Shown here: in pieces, positions 10,701 through 20,314 of the stretch
How positions within the stretch are numbered: position 1 is the stretch's first letter
Layout: each line of letters opens with the position of its first letter
DNA from: Shigella phage SFP21A
Length of the DNA: 39,004 nt
Direction: 5' to 3' (one strand)
Sequence record: OQ031074
The notes under the pieces: model-generated
Database searches by the model: none
What the model was told of the DNA's origin: nothing
The model's input: only the letters and a program-made list of their open reading frames with translations
Program-made: the position numbers and the translations under genes

Positions 10701-11632
10701 ACATCGTGGAGCACAGCCTGACTGGAAGTAAGCGTAAGTTTGATGACCGCTGGTTGAAGACCGCTGGTATTTCGGACGAGCAGTGGAAGGGCATTAAGTC
10801 CCTCATCCGTGAGTCAGTGACTCGTGGTCCAGACGGGAAGTACACCATCAAGGATAAGAAGGCGTTCAGTCAGGACCCAAGGGCTATGGACCTCTGGCGT
10901 ATGGGTGATGCCATCGCTGACGAGACCATGATTCGTCCGCACAAGCTGAGCAACATGGATGCCAAGGCGTATGGACCGATGGCGAAGACTGTCTTGCAGT
11001 TTAAGAACTTCGTTATCAAGTCCATCAACGGTCGAACCATGCGTACCTTCTACAATGCCACCAAGAACAACCGAGCGATGGACGCTGCGCTGTCAACGGT
11101 TATGTCTATGGGTCTGGCTGGAATGTACTACATGGCTCAGGCTCACATCAAGGCTTACGCTATGCAGGATGGTCGTGACCGAGAGTATCTGAAGCAAGCC
11201 CTTAACCCGACGATGATTGGCTATGCGGCTCTGTCCCGTAGCTCCCACTTGGGTGGACCACTGGGGGTAGCCAACATTCTGGGTGGAATCGCTGGGTATG
11301 AGGACACTAAGATGCTCCGCTCGTCAATCCTTCCGCGCTCACCTACCGAGAAACCCGAACGTGCTATTACCTATGGCGCTGCTAAGAGTGACCCGGTGAT
11401 GAATGTGGTTGGAAACTTCCTTGAGCAGGTTCCGGCTTTCGGCTACGCCGCTAACGTTGGGGCTTCTGCCTACAACTTGGCTGGATACCTGAAGGCTGAT
11501 ACCAGAGTGAACGAACGAGACTATATGACCGGGATGTATAACACTTTCCGAGAGCTGGTCCCGAACGACCCTATTACTCAGAAGCTCCTGTTGGGAACCT
11601 TTGAGGAACAAGGTATTCACATCAAGGACTAA
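7736..11632 (+). CDS. 16: internal virion protein D (gp16), ejection/core protein
   Basis: 1298 aa; long stretches recognisably like T7 gp16 (FGFGGAAEAE, EARETARN, SPTGMQSGASGK, RPEVKARVDE, ISHTDLFE, FLEARNLFDSDMSI, KTTKEMKD, LNGTTNYLLDA, MDLWRMGD, FKNFVIKS, LVPNDPITQ). The first ~130 aa are different, see findings. Confidence 0.9.
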   Translation: MATRGIRNNNIGNIRVSKDQWEGATGDDGSFVTFDTPDSGVRALAKNLMSYGRQGYDSIEKIINRWAPPSENDTQSYINSVVAATGIPATQSLDLTNPDVLASLSEAIGYHETGSRYDPEVYKLGVSRALSGAGGITPKTPPVSANVFDALTEGLKAKPKVALGENLPGVTGMNIEGQEPEAPNESFGEMFYKSTGETLDQRADRSTWFGFGGAAEAEVKNSLVGVAVRAGQTEDSLDVIGDVFNPTRWNNHKWSREELDQIRNAGVLPQYYGVITGGSPQNLTELINLALENQKLDAEKAKAGTGAQLAAGVIGAGVDPLTYVPIAGQVGKGGKLVNKMFTVAAQSGALAGASEIARTSVAGGDAHVAEAIMGGALFGGGMTAIGDALGKALGKSTNEFAGPATRLEARETARNVDGQDLSRLPIREGEETFSHQGVKFADVPNEPGSVRLEDGSILIGENPLNPKTRQVFDEVIEPERAAAGVNLGGLTEIGLKLLRSENPEIRGLAADLVRSPTGMQSGASGKIGTTASDVFERLRAVDHRFYNDIDDAVTEALKDPYFQTNFNRDTGAFRQDIYQRVALAIEDGSGNLKSELTPGELKVYDLLKNQFDAKREMMENPAMFGRVDAKSIFPGSRFKGTYVPHVYSNQMKELYIKELGSPEALQEAIKKSWLTSYASRPEVKARVDEALMEADPNLTPEGLAAAVDKYANDKAYGISHTDLFERSSVMEENINGLVGLENNNFLEARNLFDSDMSIILPNGQPFSVNSLREWDMDKIVPAYNRRVNGDIAIMAGTGKTTKEMKDAVETLMNRAGDDGKLKGEVSTLRDTLKILTGRARRDGADDAAFATVMRTMTDLSFFAKNAYMGVQNLTEIGGMLARGNVRALLHGVPMFRDLAFRNKKVGASEIKDLHNVIFGKELDDSIRPSKQDVIDRLRAYSALSKPSAIALGSAKYYTGELAVRSPFTKVLNGTTNYLLDAGRQGFLSDIVEHSLTGSKRKFDDRWLKTAGISDEQWKGIKSLIRESVTRGPDGKYTIKDKKAFSQDPRAMDLWRMGDAIADETMIRPHKLSNMDAKAYGPMAKTVLQFKNFVIKSINGRTMRTFYNATKNNRAMDAALSTVMSMGLAGMYYMAQAHIKAYAMQDGRDREYLKQALNPTMIGYAALSRSSHLGGPLGVANILGGIAGYEDTKMLRSSILPRSPTEKPERAITYGAAKSDPVMNVVGNFLEQVPAFGYAANVGASAYNLAGYLKADTRVNERDYMTGMYNTFRELVPNDPITQKLLLGTFEEQGIHIKD

Positions 11633-11650
11633 ACTATCACTATAGGAAAC
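11628..11650 (+). promoter_or_regulatory. phage RNAP promoter (ACTAAACTATCACTATAGGAAAC), +1 about 11645
   Basis: Consensus match; overlaps the stop of gene 16; followed by a 5' hairpin GGGAG..CTCCC. Confidence 0.8.
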
Positions 11651-11690
11651 GGGAGTGCTACCATAGGCTCCCATTTAATTCAACACTTAA

Positions 11691-14198
<2,508 letters not shown>

Positions 14199-14244
14199 CC
14201 GATAACTTTGGGTCAAGGACGACCCGTTTAACAATGGAGGTATT

Positions 14245-14439
14245 ATGATTGAGTTCGACTTCAAGAATGAGGTCCTCAAAGCCTCGCCTATCGTCGGGAC
14301 CGCTGCGGCTGATGGTGCCAGTCGGTTCTTCTTTGGGTTAACACTCAACGAATGGTTCTACGTCGCTGCTATCGCGTATACTGTGGTGCAGATTGGCGTA
14401 CTGATTTACAAGACGATTAAGAGCGGAGGTAAGACATGA
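14245..14439 (+). CDS. 17.5: class II holin (gp17.5)
   Basis: 64 aa; strongly similar to T7 gp17.5 (APIVGT, FFGLTLNEWFYVAAIAYTVVQIG); one hydrophobic TM segment; RBS GGAGGT. Confidence 0.85.
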   Translation: MIEFDFKNEVLKASPIVGTAAADGASRFFFGLTLNEWFYVAAIAYTVVQIGVLIYKTIKSGGKT

Positions 14440-14699
14440 CGCAGATGGACTTAGAGAAGTTCCTGTTAATGCTGGACACTGAACGTGCAAGACTTATGCT
14501 GCAAGACCTGCGGGATGACTCCAAGCGTTCACCTCAGCTTTATAACGCCATCGAGAAGCTGCTAGCTCGCCACAACTTTGTGCTCAGCAAGGTGTCTGTG
14601 GATGAGAAACAGTTAGCTGACATGGAGGCGCTGAACAGGGAGTACGATAAGGTGCTCTCAGCTACTGAGGATAATGACACCGGGTATGGTGTACAGTAA
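14436..14699 (+). CDS. 18: terminase small subunit (gp18)
   Basis: 87 aa; conserved LLMLDTE, RSPQLYNAIEKLLARH as in T7 gp18; directly upstream of the lysis/terminase block. Confidence 0.8.
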   Translation: MTQMDLEKFLLMLDTERARLMLQDLRDDSKRSPQLYNAIEKLLARHNFVLSKVSVDEKQLADMEALNREYDKVLSATEDNDTGYGVQ

Positions 14700-14756
14700 G
14701 TGTTAGACTCAAGGTCATTACCACTATATGTAGTGGCCTTTATGATTAACACACAC
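14699..14756 (+). ncRNA. RNase III-type processing hairpin (conserved motif copy 1)
   Basis: AGACTCAAGGTCAT..CCACTA-TATG-TAGTGG..CCTTTATGATTAAC: upper stem, internal loop and lower stem. The same flanking motif recurs at 24397 and 31047. Confidence 0.55.
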
Positions 14757-14803
14757 TACGGGCGGCGACGCTACGTGGATTCTGAGAAACTAGGAGGGCA
14801 ACT

Positions 14804-15253
14804 ATGCTCGAACTTTTACGTAGATGCGCCCCTTGGCTGGTGGCAGGACTCCTGTTCTGCTCAGGTTACTGGGTGGCAGACAATAAGTGGGAGGCGAAGG
14901 TAAGCAATGAGTACATCACGAAACTTGAGGCACGAGAGAATCAACGGGCTGCTATCCAAGGTGAAATCGACAAAGTGTCAGCAGAGTGGCAAGACAAGAT
15001 GTCCGCGCTGGAAGGCTCTACTGATAGGATTATTGCTGACCTTAACCGCGATAACAAGCGGCTGCGCATCCGAGTCAAACCAACCAGTGGCACAGTCCAG
15101 ACTGACGGTCGATGCGTCATTGATGGTTACGCCGAACTTGACGAACGAGATGCTAAGCGTCTTATCGCCATCGGACTGAAAGGCGACGAATGGATTAAGG
15201 CCCTCCAGAAGACCGTGAGAGCCATGCAGCAAGAGAAGGAGGTGAAACCTTGA
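14804..15253 (+). CDS. 18.5: Rz-like i-spanin (gp18.5)
   Basis: 149 aa; N-terminal TM ([13 protein letters not shown]) then coiled region; conserved [27 protein letters not shown] as in T7 gp18.5. Confidence 0.8.
   Translation: MLELLRRCAPWLVAGLLFCSGYWVADNKWEAKVSNEYITKLEARENQRAAIQGEIDKVSAEWQDKMSALEGSTDRIIADLNRDNKRLRIRVKPTSGTVQTDGRCVIDGYAELDERDAKRLIAIGLKGDEWIKALQKTVRAMQQEKEVKP
14907..15179 (+). CDS. Rz1-like o-spanin embedded in +1 frame of Rz (gp18.7-like)
   Basis: ORF wholly inside gene 18.5 in another frame; contains a lipoprotein-like signal [17 protein letters not shown]. The true start may be an internal GTG, so the N-terminus is uncertain. Confidence 0.4.
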   Translation: MSTSRNLRHERINGLLSKVKSTKCQQSGKTRCPRWKALLIGLLLTLTAITSGCASESNQPVAQSRLTVDASLMVTPNLTNEMLSVLSPSD

Positions 15254-17013
15254 GTCAAGACTTAGCGGCGCGTCAGGCGCTTATGACTGCCCGTATGAAG
15301 GCAGACTTCGTGTTCTTCCTGTTCGTTCTGTGGAAAGCTCTGTCACTTCCTGTTCCGACTCGCTGTCAGATTGACATGGCGAAGAAGCTATCGGCTGGGG
15401 ACAACAGGCGTTTCATCTTACAGGCGTTCCGTGGTATCGGGAAGTCCTTCATTACGTGTGCCTTCGTGGTCTGGAAGCTGTGGAATAACCCGGACTTGAA
15501 GTTCATGATTGTGTCGGCCTCAAAGGAACGAGCCGATGCTAACTCCATCTTCATCAAGCGTATCATAGACCTGATGCCTCAGCTCCAAGAGTTGAAGCCT
15601 AAGCAGGGACAGCGAGACGCAGTAATCAGCTTTGACGTAGGGCCTGCCAAGCCTGACCACTCTCCTTCGGTTAAGTCCGTTGGTATCACTGGTCAGTTAA
15701 CTGGTAGTCGTGCTGACATCCTGATTGCCGATGACGTAGAGGTCCCCGGTAACTCAGCTACTCAGGCAGCGCGTGACCGACTGTCCGAGCTGGTGAAGGA
15801 GTTCGACGCAATCCTGAAGCCGGGTGGTACGGTTATCTATCTGGGTACGCCTCAGACCGAGATGACCCTATACCGCCAGCTTGAGGGTCGTGGTTATTCG
15901 ACTACCATCTGGCCTGCTCGCTACCCACGGGATGAGAAGGACTGGAAGTCTTACGGCGACCGTCTGGCTCCTATGCTTCAGGCCGAGCTTGAGTCTGACC
16001 CTGAGGGCTACTACTGGAGACCTACCGATGAGGTTCGCTTCGATGATGAGGACCTGAAGGAACGTGAGCTGTCCTACGGTAAGGCTGGCTTCGCTCTACA
16101 GTTCATGCTCAACCCGAACCTAGGGGATGCCGAGAAGTACCCTCTGAAGCTGCGTGACCTTATCGTAGCGGACTTGGACCCTGAGTCTAGCCCTATGGTC
16201 TACCAGTGGCTGCCGAACCTTCAGAACAAGCGTGATGACGTTCCTAACGTGGGACTCATGGGTGATTCCTACCACACGTATCAGACTGTAGGTTCTGCCT
16301 TCAGTTCGTACACCCAGAAGATTCTGGTCATTGACCCAAGTGGTCGAGGTAAGGATGAGACCGGATATGCGGTTCTGTACCAGCTCAACGGCTACATCTT
16401 CGTGATGGAAGCTGGTGGTATGCGAGGAGGCTACGAGGACTCTACGCTGGAAGCTCTGGCGAAGATTGGTCGCAAGTGGAAGATTAACGAGTACGTCATT
16501 GAGGGTAACTTCGGTGATGGCATGTATCTCGAATTATTCAAGCCTGTAGCGGCCCGTATTCACCCGGCAGCAGTTACCGAGGTCAAGAGTAAGGGTCAGA
16601 AGGAGCTACGCATCTGCGACGTTCTGGAGCCTATCATGGGGTCTCACCGACTCATCGTGAACTCCTCGACCATTGTGTCTGACTACCAGACTGCCACTGA
16701 TAAGGATGGAGTCCGCAACCCTATCTACTCACTGTTCTATCAGATGACCCGTATCAGCCGTGAACGTGGGGCCTTGGCTCACGATGACCGACTTGATGCT
16801 CTGGCTATCGGTGTGCAGTTCTTCGTAGAGTCTATGGCGAAGGATGCCATAAAGGGACAGCGTGAAGTAACCGAGGAGTGGCTGGAGGAACAGATGGAGG
16901 ACCCACGGAAAGGCTTTAAGTCCATCGAGACTGACTATTGGGACAATGGGGTCCGGGTCCAGTTCAATACGGATGATGACTTGGGCTTAGGGTCCTACGT
17001 ACAGTTCCACTAA
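15250..17013 (+). CDS. 19: terminase large subunit (gp19)
   Basis: 587 aa; near-identical blocks to T7 gp19 ([109 protein letters not shown]). Apparent TTG start 9 nt after GGAGG. Confidence 0.95.
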   Translation: MSQDLAARQALMTARMKADFVFFLFVLWKALSLPVPTRCQIDMAKKLSAGDNRRFILQAFRGIGKSFITCAFVVWKLWNNPDLKFMIVSASKERADANSIFIKRIIDLMPQLQELKPKQGQRDAVISFDVGPAKPDHSPSVKSVGITGQLTGSRADILIADDVEVPGNSATQAARDRLSELVKEFDAILKPGGTVIYLGTPQTEMTLYRQLEGRGYSTTIWPARYPRDEKDWKSYGDRLAPMLQAELESDPEGYYWRPTDEVRFDDEDLKERELSYGKAGFALQFMLNPNLGDAEKYPLKLRDLIVADLDPESSPMVYQWLPNLQNKRDDVPNVGLMGDSYHTYQTVGSAFSSYTQKILVIDPSGRGKDETGYAVLYQLNGYIFVMEAGGMRGGYEDSTLEALAKIGRKWKINEYVIEGNFGDGMYLELFKPVAARIHPAAVTEVKSKGQKELRICDVLEPIMGSHRLIVNSSTIVSDYQTATDKDGVRNPIYSLFYQMTRISRERGALAHDDRLDALAIGVQFFVESMAKDAIKGQREVTEEWLEEQMEDPRKGFKSIETDYWDNGVRVQFNTDDDLGLGSYVQFH

Positions 17014-17106
17014 CCTAATGAATACCTACGCATGAAATCTGCATGTATAAGCAGTAAGTAGTGCGTTAGGTATCTCTCGTAACTTAATGATTCTAAAGGG
17101 AAATGG

Positions 17107-17129
17107 ACTTAACTATCACTATAGGGAAG
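17107..17129 (+). promoter_or_regulatory. phage RNAP promoter after gene 19 (phi-OR-like), +1 about 17124
   Basis: ACTTAACTATCACTATAGGGAAG; position equivalent to T7 phi-OR near the right genome end. Confidence 0.75.
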
Positions 17130-17303
17130 ACCCCCGGTTGCTTATAGTAAAGACTCAATGAATAAGCATATGCACACTTTATGCAAGACCTTAGGAGGCA
17201 GACTCCTGAGTTCTTACCTAAGGTTAACACCGATGGAGAGGGTGATTGTAATCATCACACCCTCATAACTTAAGTAGACCCTAAGCGACAGGAGGTATGT
17301 AGC

Positions 17304-17462
17304 ATGGGTAAGACCAAAGCTGTTCTCAAAGCTCTGGCGACCAATAGAGCTACATACAGGTTTCTTGCTGCTGTTCTACTTGCTGCTGGCGTTACTGCTG
17401 GAAGTCAGTGGGCCTGGTGGGTCGAGACTCTCGTATGTACTCTGGTGTCTGAGTGTCATTAA
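17304..17462 (+). CDS. small hydrophobic protein (gene 19.5 position)
   Basis: 52-aa ORF (MGKTKAVLKALATNRATYRFLAAVLLAAGVTAG..) with strong RBS GGAGGT 7 nt upstream; downstream of the phi-OR-like promoter; last ORF before the repeat region. Confidence 0.45.
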   Translation: MGKTKAVLKALATNRATYRFLAAVLLAAGVTAGSQWAWWVETLVCTLVSECH

Positions 17463-17489
17463 TGCCATCATGGTAACAATCAACGAAAG

Positions 17490-18060
17490 ACGGACCTAAG
17501 GTCAGTTCATAGCTGACGCTACTCTACTGACCTTAGCTACTGTAGTCAAGGACTTTAGGTAATACCCTAATAGAAGCTCACTTAGGGTCATCCTACTCAC
17601 TGGTCTACCCTAGTGTCGCCTGACCTACGGTCCTTGACCTACAGTGGCTGAGGCCTACAGTAGGGACGATGAGTTTTGGACCAAAAGTTTGAGACCACAT
17701 CTCACAGTTCAAGAACCTCAAGTCTCCCCATAGGGTCACTTCCAGTCAGACCAAAGGCCACCACCCCTAGACCTTCGGTCTAAACCTCAAGTCATTGACC
17801 CGAAGTCGACCCGAAGTCTGGACCGATAGGGCCTATATCTTGTGGTTGGGACGATGGGTCGGGACTATATGTTGTGTCTCCGAGTCCCTATCTGTATCAG
17901 CCTCAAGTCATCACCTTCAGTCTCACTACCTACAGTCATCGACCATCGGTAAAGCCGCTACCTACAGTCATCGACCTACAGTCAGTAGACACCATGTTGA
18001 CCTACAGTTTATCAGAGTCCTAAGGTCTAGACTCACAGGTTATCACATCCGGTCCGTTTA
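17490..18060. repeat. non-coding terminal region: short direct/inverted repeat arrays flanking a putative collapsed direct terminal repeat (about 17700-17889)
   Basis: Inverted repeat CCTAAGGTCAG / CTGACCTTAGG (17495-17537). Repeated CCTACAGT/GACCTACAGT units (17620-17660, 17930-18015), CCTCAAGTC x3, tandem GACCCGAAGTC x2 (17800-17822), 19-bp CTACCTACAGTCATCGACC x2 (17926-17975). 17700-17889 begins TCTCACAG.. and ends ..TCCCT, like the T7 160-bp terminal repeat as recalled. Confidence 0.5.
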
Positions 18061-18210
18061 GCAGTCAGAGACCATAGCTGACTAGGGTTATTAGTTAGTG
18101 TCTTGCTAACTGGACTCTCATTATCCACAGTCCAGACTTAAAGTCAATCATCTGTAGTCATCCTTATATAGTCATTGGACTACTGTATAAATTACCATGA
18201 TAAATAGTTG

Positions 18211-18240
18211 TTGACAGTGGGTCTAACTTTTGGTTTAATA
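18211..18240 (+). promoter_or_regulatory. host sigma70-type early promoter (T7 A1-like)
   Basis: TTGACA (18211-18216), 17-nt spacer, TTTAAT (18234-18239). Surrounding sequence resembles the T7 A1 region (GTCTAAC..). Confidence 0.65.
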
Positions 18241-18354
18241 GCTTCCGTCAACACGACACGGCAAACACCGGATAGTGAAGACGCCGGGTCGGTCCGGTTA
18301 AGTAGTCAGCCTGTAAGACATACGAAAAACAGGCAACCGACAGAAAGAAAGTAG

Positions 18355-18385
18355 TTGACAAGCAGTAACGACTTAAAGTAGTATG
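18355..18385 (+). promoter_or_regulatory. host sigma70-type early promoter (T7 A2/A3-like)
   Basis: TTGACA (18355-18360), ~17-18 nt spacer, -10-like GTAGTAT, then ATGTACCACATCGAAACGACAGTGAG, very similar to the transcribed region of T7 A3 as recalled. Confidence 0.65.
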
Positions 18386-18535
18386 TACCACATCGAAACG
18401 ACAGTGAGGCCTAACACTGAAACAGGCTAGCGAGGCGACGACAGCCAAGCGAATGCTCTTTAACAATCTGGATAAACTCTTAATGTGCGCCGATAGTAAG
18501 CGATTAACTCAAGAGACTTGTTGGCTACTGCGGGT

Positions 18536-18578
18536 CAGGCTCAAGATGAGCGCCTAAGGTCTCTTTATGATAATCACT
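18536..18578 (+). ncRNA. putative RNase III site upstream of gene 0.3 (R0.3-like)
   Basis: GGCTCAAGATGAGCGCCTAAGGTCTCTTTATGATAATCACT resembles the T7 R0.3 region (CTCAAGG..CCCTTTATGATATTCACT) and the window's own hairpin motif. Confidence 0.4.
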
Positions 18579-18597
18579 CACTTAAAGGATACACATC

Positions 18598-19050
18598 ATG
18601 ATTTACACTAACGAACCAGCTAACGTCTTCTATGTGCTCGTGTCAGCCGCTCGTGCTGGACTGTCAGACATAGTGAACATGGGCCGTCAGTTAGACCTTA
18701 AGGCACTGCTACAAGCTGAGCCAGACTACTACGGTGTGCTCGAATGCACTGGGCTTACAGGATGCTACCGCGAGGAAGGGCAAGAGGTCGCCACTGAGGA
18801 GAGAACATATCGTGTGCGCTGTGAGTCCAAAGCTCAGGCTATCAACGTTGCGCGGCTGGCCTGCAATGACTTTGAGCAAGACTGCGTGATGGTCTACAAG
18901 TCTCAGACTCACACGGCTGGCCTGATGTTCTGCAAAGGTCTGGATGGCTACCGCACTGAGCGCCTGCACGGGTCATTCCAGCAAGTCGATGCGCCCAAGG
19001 GTGAATGCTTCACGAAAGACGCTGAAGGACGCTTCTGGGAGGTTGTGTAA
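18598..19050 (+). CDS. 0.3: S-adenosyl-L-methionine hydrolase/lyase (T3 gene 0.3-type anti-restriction protein)
   Basis: 150 aa; N-terminus MIYTNEPANVFYVLVSA.. and blocks TGCYRE, RVRCESKAQAINVARLACN, QDCVMVYKSQTHTAGLMF match the T3 SAMase as recalled; first gene after the sigma70 promoters; RBS AAAGGA. Confidence 0.75.
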   Translation: MIYTNEPANVFYVLVSAARAGLSDIVNMGRQLDLKALLQAEPDYYGVLECTGLTGCYREEGQEVATEERTYRVRCESKAQAINVARLACNDFEQDCVMVYKSQTHTAGLMFCKGLDGYRTERLHGSFQQVDAPKGECFTKDAEGRFWEVV

Positions 19051-19051
19051 G

Positions 19052-19255
19052 ATGGTTAACTCATACCCTAATCACATCAAGCCATGGATAACGGTTGATA
19101 TTGAGACCGTGGGCGACTCCAAGTTTGTGACCATACGGTCAAGCATACACGTTAACAAGGAGTTCAAGCTACCACACAGCTACAGCCTGAGCTGGGGAGA
19201 CTGGGAGATTCTGCGTGATGGCGCTTTCCTCAAGTACGCAAGGAGGTTCTACTGA
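19052..19255 (+). CDS. hypothetical early protein
   Basis: 67-aa ORF starting ATG 19052 immediately after the SAMase stop (MVNSYPNHIKPWITVDIE..); early-region position; no recognisable motif. Confidence 0.4.
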   Translation: MVNSYPNHIKPWITVDIETVGDSKFVTIRSSIHVNKEFKLPHSYSLSWGDWEILRDGAFLKYARRFY

Positions 19256-19380
19256 TGTACACGATAAGCTACAGCAGCGAGCAGGCGTTCTATGATGGTC
19301 TCGTCGAGCTGATGAAGCGCGGGGCCTGCTACACGGCTAACCACCATGCGCTAACCATAACGCTGACAGGCGGGTACTGA
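19255..19380 (+). CDS. hypothetical small early protein
   Basis: 41-aa ORF (MYTISYSSEQAFYDGLVELMKRGACYTANHHALTITLTGGY); start overlaps the upstream stop (TGATG); RBS AGGAGG at 19241-19246. Confidence 0.35.
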   Translation: MYTISYSSEQAFYDGLVELMKRGACYTANHHALTITLTGGY

Positions 19381-19424
19381 GTGTTAACTGATTGTCACTT
19401 AACCACAAGAAGGAAACACACGTA

Positions 19425-20159
19425 ATGAACGCACACGATAAAGTAATCATGAATAACCTGATGTCTCAACTTCACGCTATAATCTGCGAGGAGTGCTACA
19501 AGATTGAAGACCCGTTCGCTGGCATAGCTGGTCAGCCACGCTGGGGAGCCTTTGAGATACTGGCCCGTGAGCATGGCTACAAGCTGTTAGGTCTGGGACA
19601 CTTCGCCGCTGCCTTTGAGCATGAGGACCTGCCGGGATATGCAATAAAGGTGGGCTTCAAGAAGGATGACTCAGGCGCTGCATATGCGGCCTTCTGCCGA
19701 GAGAATGAGGGTCTGGCTGGACTTCCGGTCATCCATCTGGTCAAGCGCTTCAGCAGGGCTTACATGGTGGCTATGGACAAGTACCGCTCACTGAATGACA
19801 TTGGTGGTGACTACTGCCGGGATGGTGAGACCTACGAGCAGCGAGTATTAAACGTGTCATGGCGTGTGGTCAACGCGATAATAGACCATTGCGAGCAACC
19901 GTCTGAGGCCCTGAGCTGGTGGCTGGACCAAGACGCACGGGCTGAGTTTGCACACGTCGAGGCTCAGTATATCAAGGACCTTGCGCAGACCGCTAAGAAG
20001 ATTAACAGTTTCTTCTACGGGCTGGCATCATTCGACACTCACCGCGCTAACGTGATGGTCGACAATAACGGGCGCTTGATAATCACGGACCCAGTGTCAT
20101 GGACCGCAATCGACCATCAAGATGAGCTGCAAGGAAAGCTGAATGCAATAGCTGAGTGA
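19425..20159 (+). CDS. 0.7: serine/threonine protein kinase (gp0.7 homolog), kinase domain only
   Basis: 244 aa from ATG 19425 (RBS AAGGAAAC); blocks GLGHFAAAF, IKVGFKKDDSGAAYAAFCR, GLASFDTHRANVMV, ITDPVSW match the T7 gp0.7 kinase domain; lacks the ~110-aa C-terminal shut-off region of T7 gp0.7. Confidence 0.8.
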   Translation: MNAHDKVIMNNLMSQLHAIICEECYKIEDPFAGIAGQPRWGAFEILAREHGYKLLGLGHFAAAFEHEDLPGYAIKVGFKKDDSGAAYAAFCRENEGLAGLPVIHLVKRFSRAYMVAMDKYRSLNDIGGDYCRDGETYEQRVLNVSWRVVNAIIDHCEQPSEALSWWLDQDARAEFAHVEAQYIKDLAQTAKKINSFFYGLASFDTHRANVMVDNNGRLIITDPVSWTAIDHQDELQGKLNAIAE

Positions 20160-20165
20160 TAGACG

Positions 20166-20190
20166 AGAGGCCACTACATCTAGTGGTCTC
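20166..20190 (+). ncRNA. stem-loop after kinase gene (possible RNase III site)
   Basis: GAGAGGCCACTACATCTAGTGGTCTC: stem CCACTA/TAGTGG shared with the hairpin at 14720; no U-tract, so a processing site is more likely than a terminator. Confidence 0.35.
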
Positions 20191-20224
20191 AAAGATTATT
20201 ACTCACAACATATAGAGGTGAACT

Positions 20225-20314
20225 ATGAACATTGGTTACTGGGTGTGCCTATCTCCGGTAATATTCCTGATAGCCTTCGGTCTTCTGGACGCAATCAAGC
20301 GAGGGTCATTATAA
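20225..20314 (+). CDS. hypothetical 29-aa hydrophobic peptide
   Basis: MNIGYWVCLSPVIFLIAFGLLDAIKRGSL; RBS GAGGTGA 7 nt upstream; stop overlaps the next start (TAATG). Confidence 0.3.
   Translation: MNIGYWVCLSPVIFLIAFGLLDAIKRGSL

Noticed and set aside
14700-14903. 67-aa + strand ORF after the small terminase gene
   Set aside because: Its 5' part is the RNase III-type hairpin and it overlaps the Rz gene start in another frame. There is no RBS; the intergenic hairpin and Rz explain the interval.
17795-18061. 88-aa + strand ORF in the terminal region
   Set aside because: It sits in the dense short-repeat / terminal-repeat region, has no RBS, and its translation is low-complexity repeat-derived. 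The region is non-coding in T7-like phages.
18571-18592. T3-promoter-like string AATCACTCACTTAAAGGA just upstream of the SAMase gene
   Set aside because: It has an extra base relative to the CACTAAAGG core and lacks the conserved upstream ACTAAACTATC. It coincides with the gene 0.3 RBS (AAAGGA) and the 3' side of the R0.3-like hairpin.
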